Notes: a model not told the origin generated them from the sequence alone. A DNA stretch of 64,000 bases from an uncultured Enterobacteriaceae bacterium (GCA_964529315.1 CAZGUU010000001.1:2902-66901), one strand, 5' to 3'. Numbered from the stretch's first letter, positions 9,438-19,681 are shown. Numbers and translations: made by a program.

Positions 9438-9885
9438 GGGCGTGAGCCATCACCCCTTGCCGTCGCTCGCCACGACCGGCTGACGACGCAGCCGTGCACG
9501 GCTGGCTGCGGCCCTCGGAGCGCCGCAGCCGCAGCGGCGGACCCGCGTGGCAGAAGCTCACGAGATCCATGCGTGGCCTACCCGGCAGCAGCAAGGATCC
9601 GTCGCGGCAGGGGCGGCATCCGCCGGCTCGGCGGATGCGGGCAGCCCCGGGGTGTCCGGGAAACCCGCTCACGGTCCGAGATCGCACCGCCAGGGGGGCC
9701 GCATCGCTGCGGCGGCCCGAGGGACCGACCGCAGTGAGAAGCCGGGGCTCCCAGGGCTTAGCGAAGCTCAGAGACCGTTGACAGGAGCCCCACCAGATGG
9801 TTCCTTGCCCGATTGCCTCGCGCGCTGACAGCGGCCGCGCGGCGGACTTCCGGCAGCGGTTCTCGACGAGAAACGAGCGGGTGAG

Positions 9886-10044
9886 ATGAAACGGACGTAT
9901 CAGCCGAGCAACCGCCGGCGAAAGCGCGTACACGGCTTCCTGGCGAGGATGGCGAGCCCGACGGGTCGCCAGGTGATCAAGCGCCGCCGACGCAAGGGGC
10001 GCAAGCGCCTCACCGTCTCCATTCCAGCGAAGCAGCCCGGCTGA
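9886..10044 (+). CDS. rpmH: 50S ribosomal protein L34
   Basis: Hand-translated [52 protein letters not shown]. Too short for the ORF track. Confidence 0.9.
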   Translation: MKRTYQPSNRRRKRVHGFLARMASPTGRQVIKRRRRKGRKRLTVSIPAKQPG

Positions 10045-10054
10045 GAGGCCTGCC

Positions 10055-10465
10055 TTGGCGGGCATCGGGGTATCCGCCGGCACCCAGGGGCTCCCTGCGG
10101 CGGCGCGGGTGAGAAAGCGCCGCGAGTTCCTCGAGATCCAGCGGGTGGGCCGGCGTCTGCCTACGCGTCACTTCCTGGTCGTCGCGCTCGAGGGTGGCCT
10201 GGGCGGCGCGCGGCTCGGCATCACCGTTACGCGCAAGATCGGCTGCGCCGTCGAGCGCAATCGCGTCAAGCGGTCCGTGCGGGAGGCCTTCCGCCGCAGT
10301 CGCCAGATCGTCGCCGACGGTGTGAGCCTGGTCGTCATCGCCCGAGCAGGGGCTCCCGCGCTCGACGCCACGCGTGTGGCTGGCGAGCTCGAGCCGGCGT
10401 TTCGCTCGCTCGGCCGGGGAGGCGCGCAGGGGCCAAGGCCGACCGCGGGCAGCATCGAGTCATGA
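10055..10465 (+). CDS. rnpA: Ribonuclease P protein component
   Basis: Contains [15 protein letters not shown] and [19 protein letters not shown] (the RNR motif). TTG start at 10055; an in-frame GTG at 10109 (MRKRREFL) is an equally plausible start. Confidence 0.85.
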   Translation: MAGIGVSAGTQGLPAAARVRKRREFLEIQRVGRRLPTRHFLVVALEGGLGGARLGITVTRKIGCAVERNRVKRSVREAFRRSRQIVADGVSLVVIARAGAPALDATRVAGELEPAFRSLGRGGAQGPRPTAGSIES

Positions 10466-10803
10466 GCCGCTATCTTTCGTTCGTGCTCCAGGGGGCGATC
10501 CGCGCCTACCAGATCGCCGTATCGCCGCTCGTCGGACCGGTGTGCCGGTTCTCGCCGAGCTGCTCGGCGTACACCCACGAAGCGATCGAGCGCTACGGGC
10601 CATCTCGGGGTCTCTGGCTGGGCGCGCGGCGCCTGGCCCGCTGCCATCCCCTGAAGGAAGGGGGTTTCGACCCCGTCCCGGACCCGCCGCATCTCGCCTC
10701 CGACCTGCTCGCTTGCGAAGCTAGGGGCAGCGCCTCAACGCGCCGCCTGATCGCGCTGGCGCTTGGTAGGACGAAACGCGCTCCCTCCGAGGTGAGCAGC
10801 TGA
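10462..10803 (+). CDS. yidD: Membrane protein insertion efficiency factor YidD
   Basis: [38 protein letters not shown] overlap with the rnpA stop. Confidence 0.85.
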   Translation: MSRYLSFVLQGAIRAYQIAVSPLVGPVCRFSPSCSAYTHEAIERYGPSRGLWLGARRLARCHPLKEGGFDPVPDPPHLASDLLACEARGSASTRRLIALALGRTKRAPSEVSS

Positions 10804-12476
10804 TGGACCGACGCACGATCCTCTTCATCACGCTCTCGGTCCTGATCATCGTCCTCTACCAGGAGCTCGTCCTCAAGCGCATGGCGCCGCCACCAGCGCC
10901 AATGGAGATCGAGGGGGTCGAGCGGCCCGTCGCCACGGCGTCGCCTGGGCCGCGTGCCGACGTCCCACGGCCCACGGGCGAGGAACCCTCGCCGGAGGCC
11001 GCGGCGATGGCCGCGAGCCAGGCCCAACCGTCGGCGCCCCTCGAGGGGCGTAGGATCTCGGTCGAGACGGACCTCTACACCGTCGTGCTCACCACCGCGG
11101 GCGGCCGGATCGAGAGCTTCACGATGAAGCAGTTCCGGGCGACGAACGCTCCCGACAGCCCGCCGCTCGATCTGATCGTCCCGGGCCAGGAATCGGAGCT
11201 GCCGCTGGGTGTCGAGCTGCGCGGCGCTCGGGTGTGGTCCGATGCGCGCTCGGTGTACGAGTCGACAAGCTCGGCACTGCGTCTGCACGGCGCGGAGCAG
11301 GCGACCGTCGAGCTCGAGACGGCCATCGGCAGCCAGACCATCGTCAAGCGGCTCACCTTCCGCGGCGACAGCTACCCGATCGAGGCGCGCATCGAGACGC
11401 CCGCATCGGCCGGCCTCGCCCCCGAGCTCGTGGCGGCGAGTCCCGATGGCCAGGCGGCCGGCGTGGCCCTGGTGTGGAGCAAGTCGCTGCGCAAGGAGAA
11501 AGACGCGGCGGGTGTCTTCGAGGGTGCAGCGGCCGTGATCGACGGCAAGCTCGTCCAGACCACCCCCGCGGACCTGACCAAACCGGAGAACCTCACGGGC
11601 ACCGTGGCGTGGGCGGGCTACGAGGATCACTATTTCCTGTCTGCCGTCGCCCCGGACCGCGCACAGCTCGTCGCGCTTCGACCTCGCGGCGAGGCCATCG
11701 AGACGAAGATCGTGACCGCACGAGAAGGCAGTGGACCCACGGTCGTCGGCTACACGCTCTTCCTCGGGCCGAAGGAGCTCTCGGCCCTGCGCGAAGCTGG
11801 GCACGACCTCGAGCGAGGTCTGAACCTCGGCTGGTTCGGACCGATCTCTCTCTTCCTGCTCCACATCCTCAATCTCTCCCATCGGATCACGGGCAATTAC
11901 GGGATCGACATCATCCTGCTGACCATCCTGGTGAAGATCGCCTTCTGGCCGCTCACGCAGAAGAGCTTCCAATCGATGCGCGAGATGCAGAAGCTCCAAC
12001 CGGAGATGGCCAAGCTTCGCGAGAAGCACAAGGACGACCCGACGCAGATGAACAAGGAGATCATGGAGCTCTACAAGCGGCACAAGGTGAACCCGCTCGG
12101 CGGGTGCCTGCCGATGGTGCTCCAGATCCCAGTGTTTTTTGGCCTTTACCAGGCTCTGTCGAGCACGATCCAGCTACGCCACGCGCCGTTCTTTCTCTGG
12201 ATCACCGATCTCTCGGCACCCGAGCGGCTGCCCATCCTGGGCTACGGCGTGCCCGTCCTGACCATCCTGCTCGGGGTGTCGATGTTCGTGCAGCAGCGCA
12301 TGTCGCCGCCGGCGGGAGATCCCACGCAGCAGAAGGTGATGATGTTCATGCCGATCATCTTCACGTACATGTTCATCGGCTTTCCCGCCGGGCTGACGCT
12401 CTACTGGCTGACCAACAACGTGCTGACCATCGCGCAGCAGTACTTCGTCCTGCGCGGGGCGCCGCCTCGAGCCTGA
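10803..12476 (+). CDS. yidC: Membrane protein insertase YidC
   Basis: 557 aa. Conserved Oxa1/YidC core NPLGGCLPMVLQIPVFFGLYQAL. N-terminal transmembrane segment plus a large periplasmic domain. Confidence 0.95.
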   Translation: MDRRTILFITLSVLIIVLYQELVLKRMAPPPAPMEIEGVERPVATASPGPRADVPRPTGEEPSPEAAAMAASQAQPSAPLEGRRISVETDLYTVVLTTAGGRIESFTMKQFRATNAPDSPPLDLIVPGQESELPLGVELRGARVWSDARSVYESTSSALRLHGAEQATVELETAIGSQTIVKRLTFRGDSYPIEARIETPASAGLAPELVAASPDGQAAGVALVWSKSLRKEKDAAGVFEGAAAVIDGKLVQTTPADLTKPENLTGTVAWAGYEDHYFLSAVAPDRAQLVALRPRGEAIETKIVTAREGSGPTVVGYTLFLGPKELSALREAGHDLERGLNLGWFGPISLFLLHILNLSHRITGNYGIDIILLTILVKIAFWPLTQKSFQSMREMQKLQPEMAKLREKHKDDPTQMNKEIMELYKRHKVNPLGGCLPMVLQIPVFFGLYQALSSTIQLRHAPFFLWITDLSAPERLPILGYGVPVLTILLGVSMFVQQRMSPPAGDPTQQKVMMFMPIIFTYMFIGFPAGLTLYWLTNNVLTIAQQYFVLRGAPPRA

Positions 12477-12761
12477 GCGGCCAGACGGCGACGGGGTTGC
12501 CGCCGGTCCCGCCCGGAGGGTGAGCGGCGAGGCCACGGCCGACCGGGGACCAGGCCGCCGGAGCCGCATCTCCGCATCGCCCGGTGCGCGCGACCGAGGC
12601 CCGCCCGTCTCGTCGCAGGGCTGGCAGCGATCGCGCGCACGCCGTGCCCCGCCTCGCATCGACGTCGCTGCTCGATGGGACGTCATAGAACGTGGTTTGC
12701 GTTTCTTGCGCTCCAGCACTCCCGTCAGCTTCCGATTGCACGCCGGAGCTCTGCTTCTGGT

Positions 12762-14273
12762 ATGTCCGGGCCGATGCGCGCCTACGCCGACGAGACGATC
12801 GCCGCAGTCGCCACACCGGCGGGTGTAGGCGCGATCGCCGTCGTCCGCATGAGTGGTCGCTTGGCGCTGGACGTCGCCGCGCGCGTTCTCGTTCGGCGCG
12901 ACGCCCTGCGTCCTGTCGCGCGCCTGCGCGACTCGCACCGAGCACGCATCGCCCGCATCTGGGATCCCGAGACCCACCAGATCTTGGACGAAGTCCTCGT
13001 CCTGCCGATGCTCGCACCGCGCAGCGCCACCGGTGAGGACGTGGTCGAGATCCACTGCCACGGCGGGCCATTGGTGTCCGATCTGATCCTGCGTGCCCTG
13101 CTGCGGGCGGGCGCCAGGGCTGCCCGCCCAGGCGAGTTCACGGAGCGCGCTTTCTTGAACGGTCGCATCGACCTCTGCCAGGCCGAGGCGGTCGCAGATC
13201 TCATCGCCGCCAGAAGCGACGCGGGTCTGGATTCAGCCCGCCTGCAGCTCGAGGGCCGGCTGTCGCAGACCATCGCCTCGTTGCGCGAGCGCATCGTGGA
13301 GGCGCGCGCCCTGACCGAAGCTTACCTCGACTTCAGTGACGAGGACCTCCCCGAGAGCGAGCGCGCGGAGTTGCTCGACGCCATCGCGTCCCTGCGTCAC
13401 GACGCTCGCGAGCTTGGGAGCAGCTATCGGCGCGGACGCCTCGCCAGAGAGGGCCTACGAATCGCCCTGGCCGGCAAGCCCAACGTCGGCAAGTCCTCCC
13501 TACTCAACAGCCTCCTCGGCCGCGAGCGCGCGCTGGTCAGCTCCGTCCCGGGGACCACGCGCGACTACCTCGAGGAGCCGCTGGCCATCGGCACGCTAGG
13601 CGCGCTTCTCTGCGACACGGCCGGGCTACGCTCAGCCGTCGATCCGGTCGAGCTGGCCGGTGTCACGCGAGCCGCGGAGAGGATCCGTGAGGCGGACGTC
13701 ATTCTCGTCGTCCTCGACGGCTCTGTCGCCCTGGACGCCGACGACCGCCTTGCGCTGCAGCCGACCAGCGGCGGACCACCGAGAATCGTCCTGCGCAACA
13801 AGGCGGACCTTCCGGCGGTGTGGACCTGGCCCGAGGCCGAGAGCTTTTTCGGGATCGGCTCGGGCAGAGACGAAGCCTCTCGTGAGGCCGAGTGCAGCGA
13901 CTCGGCAGGCCGGCAGTCAAGGCTGCCCGCGGCGAGCAGGCGCGACCCCGTCGCGGCATCCCTCGACGTATCGGCCAAGACGGGAGAGGGGATCGCCGAG
14001 CTCTGCCGTGCAATCCAGAGCACGATCCTGCCTGCTGCGGACACGAGCTGCGCGGAGCGCCCGAGCATCACGCGGGCGCGCCACGAGAGCGCTCTCGGTC
14101 GGGCGGTCGAGCTGCTCGAGGGCGCGGAGCGTCGGGTCCGGGAGTGGGCGGAGCTCGACCTGGCGGCGATCGACCTCAGCGCCGCCACGTTGGCCCTCGA
14201 CGCCCTTCTCGGCACGATCCACGACGAGGAGGTGCTCGACGCGATCTTCCGCAGGTTCTGCGTCGGCAAGTGA
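12762..14273 (+). CDS. mnmE: tRNA modification GTPase MnmE
   Basis: GTPase motifs [21 protein letters not shown]-terminal CVGK. Start trimmed to MSGPMRAY; an ATG at 12774 is also possible. About 30 extra residues between G4 and G5. Confidence 0.9.
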   Translation: MSGPMRAYADETIAAVATPAGVGAIAVVRMSGRLALDVAARVLVRRDALRPVARLRDSHRARIARIWDPETHQILDEVLVLPMLAPRSATGEDVVEIHCHGGPLVSDLILRALLRAGARAARPGEFTERAFLNGRIDLCQAEAVADLIAARSDAGLDSARLQLEGRLSQTIASLRERIVEARALTEAYLDFSDEDLPESERAELLDAIASLRHDARELGSSYRRGRLAREGLRIALAGKPNVGKSSLLNSLLGRERALVSSVPGTTRDYLEEPLAIGTLGALLCDTAGLRSAVDPVELAGVTRAAERIREADVILVVLDGSVALDADDRLALQPTSGGPPRIVLRNKADLPAVWTWPEAESFFGIGSGRDEASREAECSDSAGRQSRLPAASRRDPVAASLDVSAKTGEGIAELCRAIQSTILPAADTSCAERPSITRARHESALGRAVELLEGAERRVREWAELDLAAIDLSAATLALDALLGTIHDEEVLDAIFRRFCVGK

Positions 14274-14291
14274 CCTCGGCCTCTTCCCCGG

Positions 14292-14307
14292 AGTTTCACG
14301 TGGAACA
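14292..14307. promoter_or_regulatory. parS: parS-like site AGTTTCACGTGGAACA (14/16 to TGTTTCACGTGAAACA), overlapping the GTG start codon of mnmG
   Basis: Seen directly. It is the reverse complement of the site at 16931-16946. Confidence 0.6.
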
Positions 14308-16171
14308 CTATGACGTCATCGTCGTCGGAGCGGGGCACGCAGGCATCGAGACGGCGCTCGCGGCAGCGCGCTTGGGTGCCCGGACGCTTCTGCTGACCCA
14401 GAATCTCGATCAAATCGGCCAGATGTCGTGCAACCCAGCCATAGGCGGTGTGGGCAAGGGGCATCTCGTCAAGGAGATCGATGCGCTCGGCGGAGAGATG
14501 GCCCTGGCGATCGACGCCTGCGGGATCCAGTTCCGCACACTGAACACCCGCAAGGGTCGGTCCGTCCAGGCGACACGGGCACAGGCAGACAAAGCAGCCT
14601 ACCGGCGGTACATGAAGGCTGCGGTCGAGCGGACGCCAGCTCTGACGGTCAGCCAGGCGACGGTAGAGCAGCTCCACGTCGAGGCTGGGGTGGCTCGCGG
14701 CGTCGAGACCACGCTCGGCGATTCCTTCCTGGCGCGCGCCACGGTGCTGACGACGGGGACCTTCCTGGGGGGATCGATCCACGTCGGTGACCGCTCGTTC
14801 CCGGGCGGTCGCGCCGGAGACCCGGCGAGCCACGGCTTGACCCCCCAGCTCGTCTCACTCGGCTTCGAGGTGGGTCGCCTGAAGACGGGAACCTGCCCGC
14901 GACTCGATGGCCGAACCATCGATTTCGCAGCCCTCGAAGCTCAGCCTTCGGACCCTTCGCCCGTCCCCTTCTCCTTCCGGACGACCCGGATCGGGCAGCC
15001 CCAGGTCCCCTGCCACATCACCTTCACGACCGCCGAGACCCACCGCCTGATCGCCGCGAACCTGGCGCGATCGGCCATGTTCAGCGGCCAGATTCGCGGT
15101 CGCGGGCCGCGCTACTGCCCATCCGTCGAGGACAAGATCGCGCGCTTCCCCGATCGACAGCGGCACCAGGTGTTTCTCGAGCCCGAGGGCCTCGACACGG
15201 TCGAGGTCTACCCCAACGGCCTCTCCACATCGCTGCCGCTCGACGTGCAACGCGCCATGGTGCGCACGATCCCGGGCCTCGAGAACGCGCAGATCACGCG
15301 ACCTGGCTATGCCGTCGAGTATGACTTCGTCGACCCGCTCGAGCTGGGCCCCAGCCTGGAGACGAAGCGGGTCCGTGGCCTCTATCTCGCGGGTCAGATC
15401 AACGGCACGACGGGCTACGAGGAAGCCGCCGCCCAGGGGCTCGTCGCTGGCGTCAACGCCGCCCGGGCCTCGCGCTCAGAGCCACCGATCGTCCTGGGGC
15501 GCGAGAGCAGCTACATCGGCGTGCTGATCGACGATCTGGTCACCAAAGGGGTCGGCGGCGAGCCCTATCGCATGTTCACCTCGCGCGCAGAGCACCGCCT
15601 GCTGCTGCGGGAGGACAACGCCGACCAGCGTCTGAGCCCGCTCGGCCGCGAAATCGGCCTCCTCGATTCCGCTACGTCCGACCTGGTCGAGGCGAGAAGA
15701 GCGGCAGCCGCCGGTCTTCGCGAGATGCTCGAAGGAGCGGCGCTCGCCCCCACACCGCAGATCAGCGCGATATTGGTCACCCACGGTCTCACGGCACTGC
15801 GCAAGCCGAGCTCTCTCGCGGAGGTCTTGCGACGTCCCGGGGCAGATTGGCGGGTGGTCGAATCGCTGGGTTTCGCGGTCTCCGAGGACCCGCGGGTTCG
15901 CGACCAAGTTCTCCTCGACGTGAAGTACCACGGATACGTCACTCGCCAGGAGGAGATCGTCCACCAGCTCCGCCGCATGGAGGATGCCGAGGTTCCGGCG
16001 ACAACCGATTTCGCCGCGATCGATGGGCTCTCGACCGAGGTCCGAGAGAAGCTGTCCCGGGTCCAGCCGCGTACCATTGGCCAGGCCACTCGAATCCCGG
16101 GCATCACTCCGGCCGCCGTCTCGCTCCTGCGCATCCACCTCGTGCGAGCGCAACGTTCACGGCAGAGCTAA
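14300..16171 (+). CDS. mnmG: tRNA uridine 5-carboxymethylaminomethyl modification enzyme MnmG (GidA)
   Basis: GTG start giving [17 protein letters not shown] (FAD-binding GxGxxG). Strong homology through the whole length. The upstream in-frame extension of the ORF track is low-complexity. Confidence 0.9.
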   Translation: MEHYDVIVVGAGHAGIETALAAARLGARTLLLTQNLDQIGQMSCNPAIGGVGKGHLVKEIDALGGEMALAIDACGIQFRTLNTRKGRSVQATRAQADKAAYRRYMKAAVERTPALTVSQATVEQLHVEAGVARGVETTLGDSFLARATVLTTGTFLGGSIHVGDRSFPGGRAGDPASHGLTPQLVSLGFEVGRLKTGTCPRLDGRTIDFAALEAQPSDPSPVPFSFRTTRIGQPQVPCHITFTTAETHRLIAANLARSAMFSGQIRGRGPRYCPSVEDKIARFPDRQRHQVFLEPEGLDTVEVYPNGLSTSLPLDVQRAMVRTIPGLENAQITRPGYAVEYDFVDPLELGPSLETKRVRGLYLAGQINGTTGYEEAAAQGLVAGVNAARASRSEPPIVLGRESSYIGVLIDDLVTKGVGGEPYRMFTSRAEHRLLLREDNADQRLSPLGREIGLLDSATSDLVEARRAAAAGLREMLEGAALAPTPQISAILVTHGLTALRKPSSLAEVLRRPGADWRVVESLGFAVSEDPRVRDQVLLDVKYHGYVTRQEEIVHQLRRMEDAEVPATTDFAAIDGLSTEVREKLSRVQPRTIGQATRIPGITPAAVSLLRIHLVRAQRSRQS

Positions 16172-16180
16172 GACTCTCGA

Positions 16181-16942
16181 GTGCCCGCCCGAAGGCTCGA
16201 TGGGCAGAGCCCCGCTCATGCGCGCTCTACGAGGGCACGCCGGCGCGGCCCCCTTTCGCTCGACGGCGAGCGGGTGCGCATGCTGCGCCAGGTGGCCGAG
16301 CAGCTGGGCGTGGCGATCGATGATCGGGCGCTCGCCGAGCTGGGAGCCTATCTCGTCGAGCTCGACCACTGGTCTCGGCACGTGAACCTGGTTTCGCAGC
16401 GCGACCTGGAGCGCTTCGTCGAACGCCACATCGTCGACTCGCTGGTCGGTGCGCCCGCGCTGGCCGGTCTGGGCTCGTCTCTGGAAATCGCCGACATTGG
16501 AAGTGGCAACGGCTTGCCGGGCGTGCCGCTGGCCATCGTGCTTCGTCCCCGGCGGATGCTGCTCGTGGAGGCTCGCCGCAAGCGCGCCAGCTTCTTGCGC
16601 GCCGTGGCTCGCCGCCTGAGCGATGTCCCGCTCGAAGTTCGCAACGTCCGAGCCGAGAACCTGGCCACCTCCGAGCCCGCCACCCTCGACGCCGTGGTCA
16701 GCCGTGCAGCCATCCCTGTCTCGTCGCTGCTCGCGATTGCCGGTCGCCTACTGAGGCCCGGCGGCCTGCTGATCCTTCACCGGGAACTGGAGGCTTCGCT
16801 GCCGGACCCGGGCCGGTCGCTGGTGATCCCTCAGGGTCTTGGCGACCCGCAGTTCGACGGCCCGAGCGCGCTGCGACACGATATCGAGCACGCAGCTCGC
16901 ACTCCGACCTGCGTCGTCTGGCGGCGGCAACGTTCCACGTGA
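16181..16942 (+). CDS. rsmG: 16S rRNA (guanine527-N7)-methyltransferase RsmG (GidB)
   Basis: SAM motif IADIGSGNGLPGVPLAI. The GTG at 16181 follows the mnmG stop by 10 nt. The first 33 aa are Arg-rich and low-complexity, so the true start may be the ATG at 16280 (MLRQVAEQLG). Confidence 0.8.
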   Translation: MPARRLDGQSPAHARSTRARRRGPLSLDGERVRMLRQVAEQLGVAIDDRALAELGAYLVELDHWSRHVNLVSQRDLERFVERHIVDSLVGAPALAGLGSSLEIADIGSGNGLPGVPLAIVLRPRRMLLVEARRKRASFLRAVARRLSDVPLEVRNVRAENLATSEPATLDAVVSRAAIPVSSLLAIAGRLLRPGGLLILHRELEASLPDPGRSLVIPQGLGDPQFDGPSALRHDIEHAARTPTCVVWRRQRST

Positions 16943-16946
16943 AACA
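16931..16946. promoter_or_regulatory. parS: parS-like site CGTTCCACGTGAAACA (14/16 to consensus), containing the rsmG TGA stop codon
   Basis: Seen directly. Its 14-nt core is identical to the reverse complement of the site at 14292-14307. Confidence 0.6.
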
Positions 16947-17135
16947 CCCGAGCGATTAAGACCGATCCAGCCCGCCCGCAGCTCGACGCGGCAGGTGCAT
17001 CCGCCTCCGCCAGGCCAGCTACGAGCCCGCCAGAAGACGTGCAGGGCGGGGCTGCAACGGGCGGCTCGAGCTCTCGTGCGCCACCTCCCGGGCGTTCCGA
17101 GAAGCCCTCGGAGCGATGCTCGACCGGGCGCTTTC

Positions 17136-17176
17136 TGTGCGGCGCGCAAATCTGCTAGTGAGCGGCGCGCAGCACA
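17136..17176. promoter_or_regulatory. Inverted repeat TGTGCGGCGCGC..(17 nt)..GCGCGCAGCACA ending on the parA ATG; a candidate operator or 5'-UTR hairpin
   Basis: Arms 17136-17147 and 17165-17176 are reverse complements with one mismatch. Confidence 0.35.
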
Positions 17177-17946
17177 TGGGACGCGTCATTGCCATCGTGA
17201 ACCAGAAGGGCGGTGTGGGGAAGACGACCACCGCCGTGAACCTCGCCGCCGCACTCGCCATGACGGGTCAGGCGGTCCTGCTGGTCGACGTGGATCCCCA
17301 GTGTAGCGCGACCAGCGGCGTGGGCATTCGCGCCGGCGAGGGAGAGCCCTCCACATACGACCTGCTCCTCGGCCATGCGTCTGCCGAGGGAGCGCTACGC
17401 AAGACCATGCTGCCCGGCCTCCAGGTCCTGGCTGCGAGCCGCGACCTGGTTGGCGCCGAGATCGAGCTCGTGACGGCCGAGGCCCGAGAGCACCGCCTCA
17501 AAGAGGCGCTGGCCGCCGTACGCTGGCGGTACAATTTCGTCCTGGTGGACTGCCCACCCTCGCTCGGACTCGTCACACTGAATGCTCTGACCGCCTGCGA
17601 CTCGCTGCTGATCCCCCTGCAGTGCGAGTACTACGCGCTCGAGGGGCTGACGGCGCTCCTCGAGACGGTGGGTCTGGTCCGCGAGAGCTTGAACCCGGAA
17701 CTCGCCATCGAAGGCCTGCTGCTCACCATGTTCGATGGACGCAACACGCTCTGCCGTCAGGTCGCGGAGGACGTCCGCAGCCACTTCCAAGAAAAGGTCT
17801 TCACGACCATCATCCCGCGCAATGTCCGCTTGAGCGAGAGCCCGAGCCACGGACTCCCGGCACAGCTCTACGACCCATCGTCGCGAGGTGCGATCGCCTA
17901 CGGCGAGCTGGCTCGGGAGGTGATTGCCAACAGCCGAGATTCATAG
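17176..17946 (+). CDS. parA: Chromosome partitioning ATPase ParA (Soj)
   Basis: Start trimmed to MGRVIAIVNQKGGVGKTTTAVNLAAALA (deviant Walker A). 256 aa. Confidence 0.92.
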   Translation: MGRVIAIVNQKGGVGKTTTAVNLAAALAMTGQAVLLVDVDPQCSATSGVGIRAGEGEPSTYDLLLGHASAEGALRKTMLPGLQVLAASRDLVGAEIELVTAEAREHRLKEALAAVRWRYNFVLVDCPPSLGLVTLNALTACDSLLIPLQCEYYALEGLTALLETVGLVRESLNPELAIEGLLLTMFDGRNTLCRQVAEDVRSHFQEKVFTTIIPRNVRLSESPSHGLPAQLYDPSSRGAIAYGELAREVIANSRDS

Positions 17947-17962
17947 AACCGTGTTTTGATTC

Positions 17963-18895
17963 TTGGGGGACTCCATGCGGCAAGCTCTCGGCAAAGGTAT
18001 CGGCGCTCTGATTCCATCGGCAACCACCCGTACTCGCCAGGCGGGATCCGCGCCGATCGAGGCAGGACAGCATCGGGCACACGGCAGCGTGCAGCAGATC
18101 CCCATCGCCGCCGTCTCTTTGAATCCCCGTCAGCCGCGCCAGCACTTCGAGCAGAGCGAGCTCGACGACCTCGGCCGCTCCGTGGCCTTGCACGGCATCC
18201 TGCAGCCGATCCTCGTACGCCCTCTTGCCGACGGCCGCTTCGAGCTGATCGCCGGCGAACGCCGGCTGCGCGCGGCGCGTCTCGCAGCGCTCGAGACCAT
18301 CCCGGCCGTCGTCAAGCAGGCCGACGACGCTGCGAGCCTGGTCCTGGCAATCGTCGAGAACGTCCAGCGTGCCGACCTCTTTCCCCTGGAGGAGGCCCGA
18401 GCCTATCGCGAGCTGATGCGCGAGTTCTCCCTCACCCAGGAGCAGGTGGCCGAGCGGGTCGGCAAGAGCCGTCCTGCGGTGGCCAATACGCTCCGCCTGC
18501 TCCAGCTACCCGAAGAGGTCCAGGCCGATCTCGCCGCCGGCCGCATCACCGCCGGGCACGCCCGTGCGCTTCTCGCCCTCGAAACCGACGCCGCACGCGT
18601 CGCCTTCGCGCGCGAGATCGCCAACCGTCGGCTCTCCGTGCGCCAAGCGGAGCACGAGGCCGCCCGCTCCCGCCCTGCCCCGTCCCCCCCCGCCTCCATC
18701 GATCCCGACCTCGCCCGCATCGAGTCGGATCTCGGCCGCGCCCTGGGCACCAAGGCCTCCGTCCGCCTCTCCCGTGGTGCAAAGGGAGGCGGTCACATCG
18801 AGCTCGCCTTCTACTCCGACGACGACCTCGCCCGGCTCTGCGACTTGCTCCTGGCCAGCGCGACCCACAAGGCCCCGCGAGCCCACCGCGCCTGA
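17963..18895 (+). CDS. parB: Chromosome partitioning protein ParB
   Basis: N-terminal LGKGIGALI. ParB box GERRLRAARLA (CTP-binding motif). An HTH and a C-terminal dimerisation region. Confidence 0.92.
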   Translation: MGDSMRQALGKGIGALIPSATTRTRQAGSAPIEAGQHRAHGSVQQIPIAAVSLNPRQPRQHFEQSELDDLGRSVALHGILQPILVRPLADGRFELIAGERRLRAARLAALETIPAVVKQADDAASLVLAIVENVQRADLFPLEEARAYRELMREFSLTQEQVAERVGKSRPAVANTLRLLQLPEEVQADLAAGRITAGHARALLALETDAARVAFAREIANRRLSVRQAEHEAARSRPAPSPPASIDPDLARIESDLGRALGTKASVRLSRGAKGGGHIELAFYSDDDLARLCDLLLASATHKAPRAHRA

Positions 18896-18954
18896 GAGCC
18901 GCGCAGGCTCGCCGCGGACGCGCATCCGTCCGCCTAATGAGTCCTGTCCCCATT

Positions 18955-18983
18955 TTGACATCCCCGCTTCTCGGTGGTAGCCA
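18955..18983 (+). promoter_or_regulatory. Sigma70-like promoter candidate (TTGACA, 17 nt, TAGCCA) upstream of the bactofilin gene
   Basis: Seen directly. The -10 is weak, so the call is tentative. Confidence 0.3.
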
Positions 18984-19066
18984 GGCGCGTTTGTGGCGCG
19001 GGCTGCGCCGCCCCTCCCAGGATGCGGAGCTGCGGCGAGCGTGTGCCACCTTTGCGAGATCATCGG

Positions 19067-19681
19067 ATGGCTCTCTTCAAGAAGGACCGGGATCGTGGCG
19101 AGCTCCCCAGAGCGGCGGAAGCCGAGCGGGTCCGTTCGGGCCCAGTCGAGCCGGCCCCCTCTGATGCTTCGCCGGTCGGACAACGAGCGGAGCGCGCGGG
19201 GGTGAGCATGGCTTCGTCCTACACGTCGACTGCCGAGAAGAGTCTCGATGCTGGCACCGCTCAGGCGAGCGCTTTCCTGGGCCGCGGCACTCGTGTCTCG
19301 GGCAAGGTCGCCTTCGAAGGTCCGGCCCGCATCGAGGGTCAGCTCGAGGGCGAGGTGATCGCCAACGATTCGCTGCTCGTCGGTGAGTCGGCTCTGCTCA
19401 ATGCACAGATCACCGGCGCAACGGTGGTGATCCACGGCAAGGTCACGGGCGACATCCACGCCACCAAGCGCCTGGAGATCCGCGCACCGGGACGGGTCTA
19501 CGGGAACGTCACGACGCCCAGCCTGGTGATCGAGGAAGGCGTCGTCTTCGAGGGCCACTGCTCGATGGGCGCAAGCGAGAGCCGCGGCACCAAGGTGACC
19601 CTGCTCGCCAAGGAAGAGAAGGCCGCTCCGGTCACCGCGGCTCCACCGACCACGCTCAAGGCCCAAGGCGACCTGAAGTAG
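19067..19681 (+). CDS. Bactofilin (BacM-like) immediately downstream of parAB
   Basis: DUF583 beta-helix repeats GTRVSGKVAFEGPARIEGQLEGEV.. and TGDIHATKRLEIRAPGRVYGNV. The N-terminus MALFKKDRDRG matches the bactofilin membrane-targeting MxxFxKK-type motif. An ATG at 19208 with a strong GGGGGTGAG RBS is an alternative start. Confidence 0.8.
   Translation: MALFKKDRDRGELPRAAEAERVRSGPVEPAPSDASPVGQRAERAGVSMASSYTSTAEKSLDAGTAQASAFLGRGTRVSGKVAFEGPARIEGQLEGEVIANDSLLVGESALLNAQITGATVVIHGKVTGDIHATKRLEIRAPGRVYGNVTTPSLVIEEGVVFEGHCSMGASESRGTKVTLLAKEEKAAPVTAAPPTTLKAQGDLK

Noticed and set aside
9438-9885. RNase P RNA, tmRNA or SRP RNA in the long rpmH leader
   Set aside because: I searched by eye for hallmark motifs (GGAAAGTCCGGGCTCC, tmRNA tag-reading frame, SRP GGAA tetraloop context) and found none.
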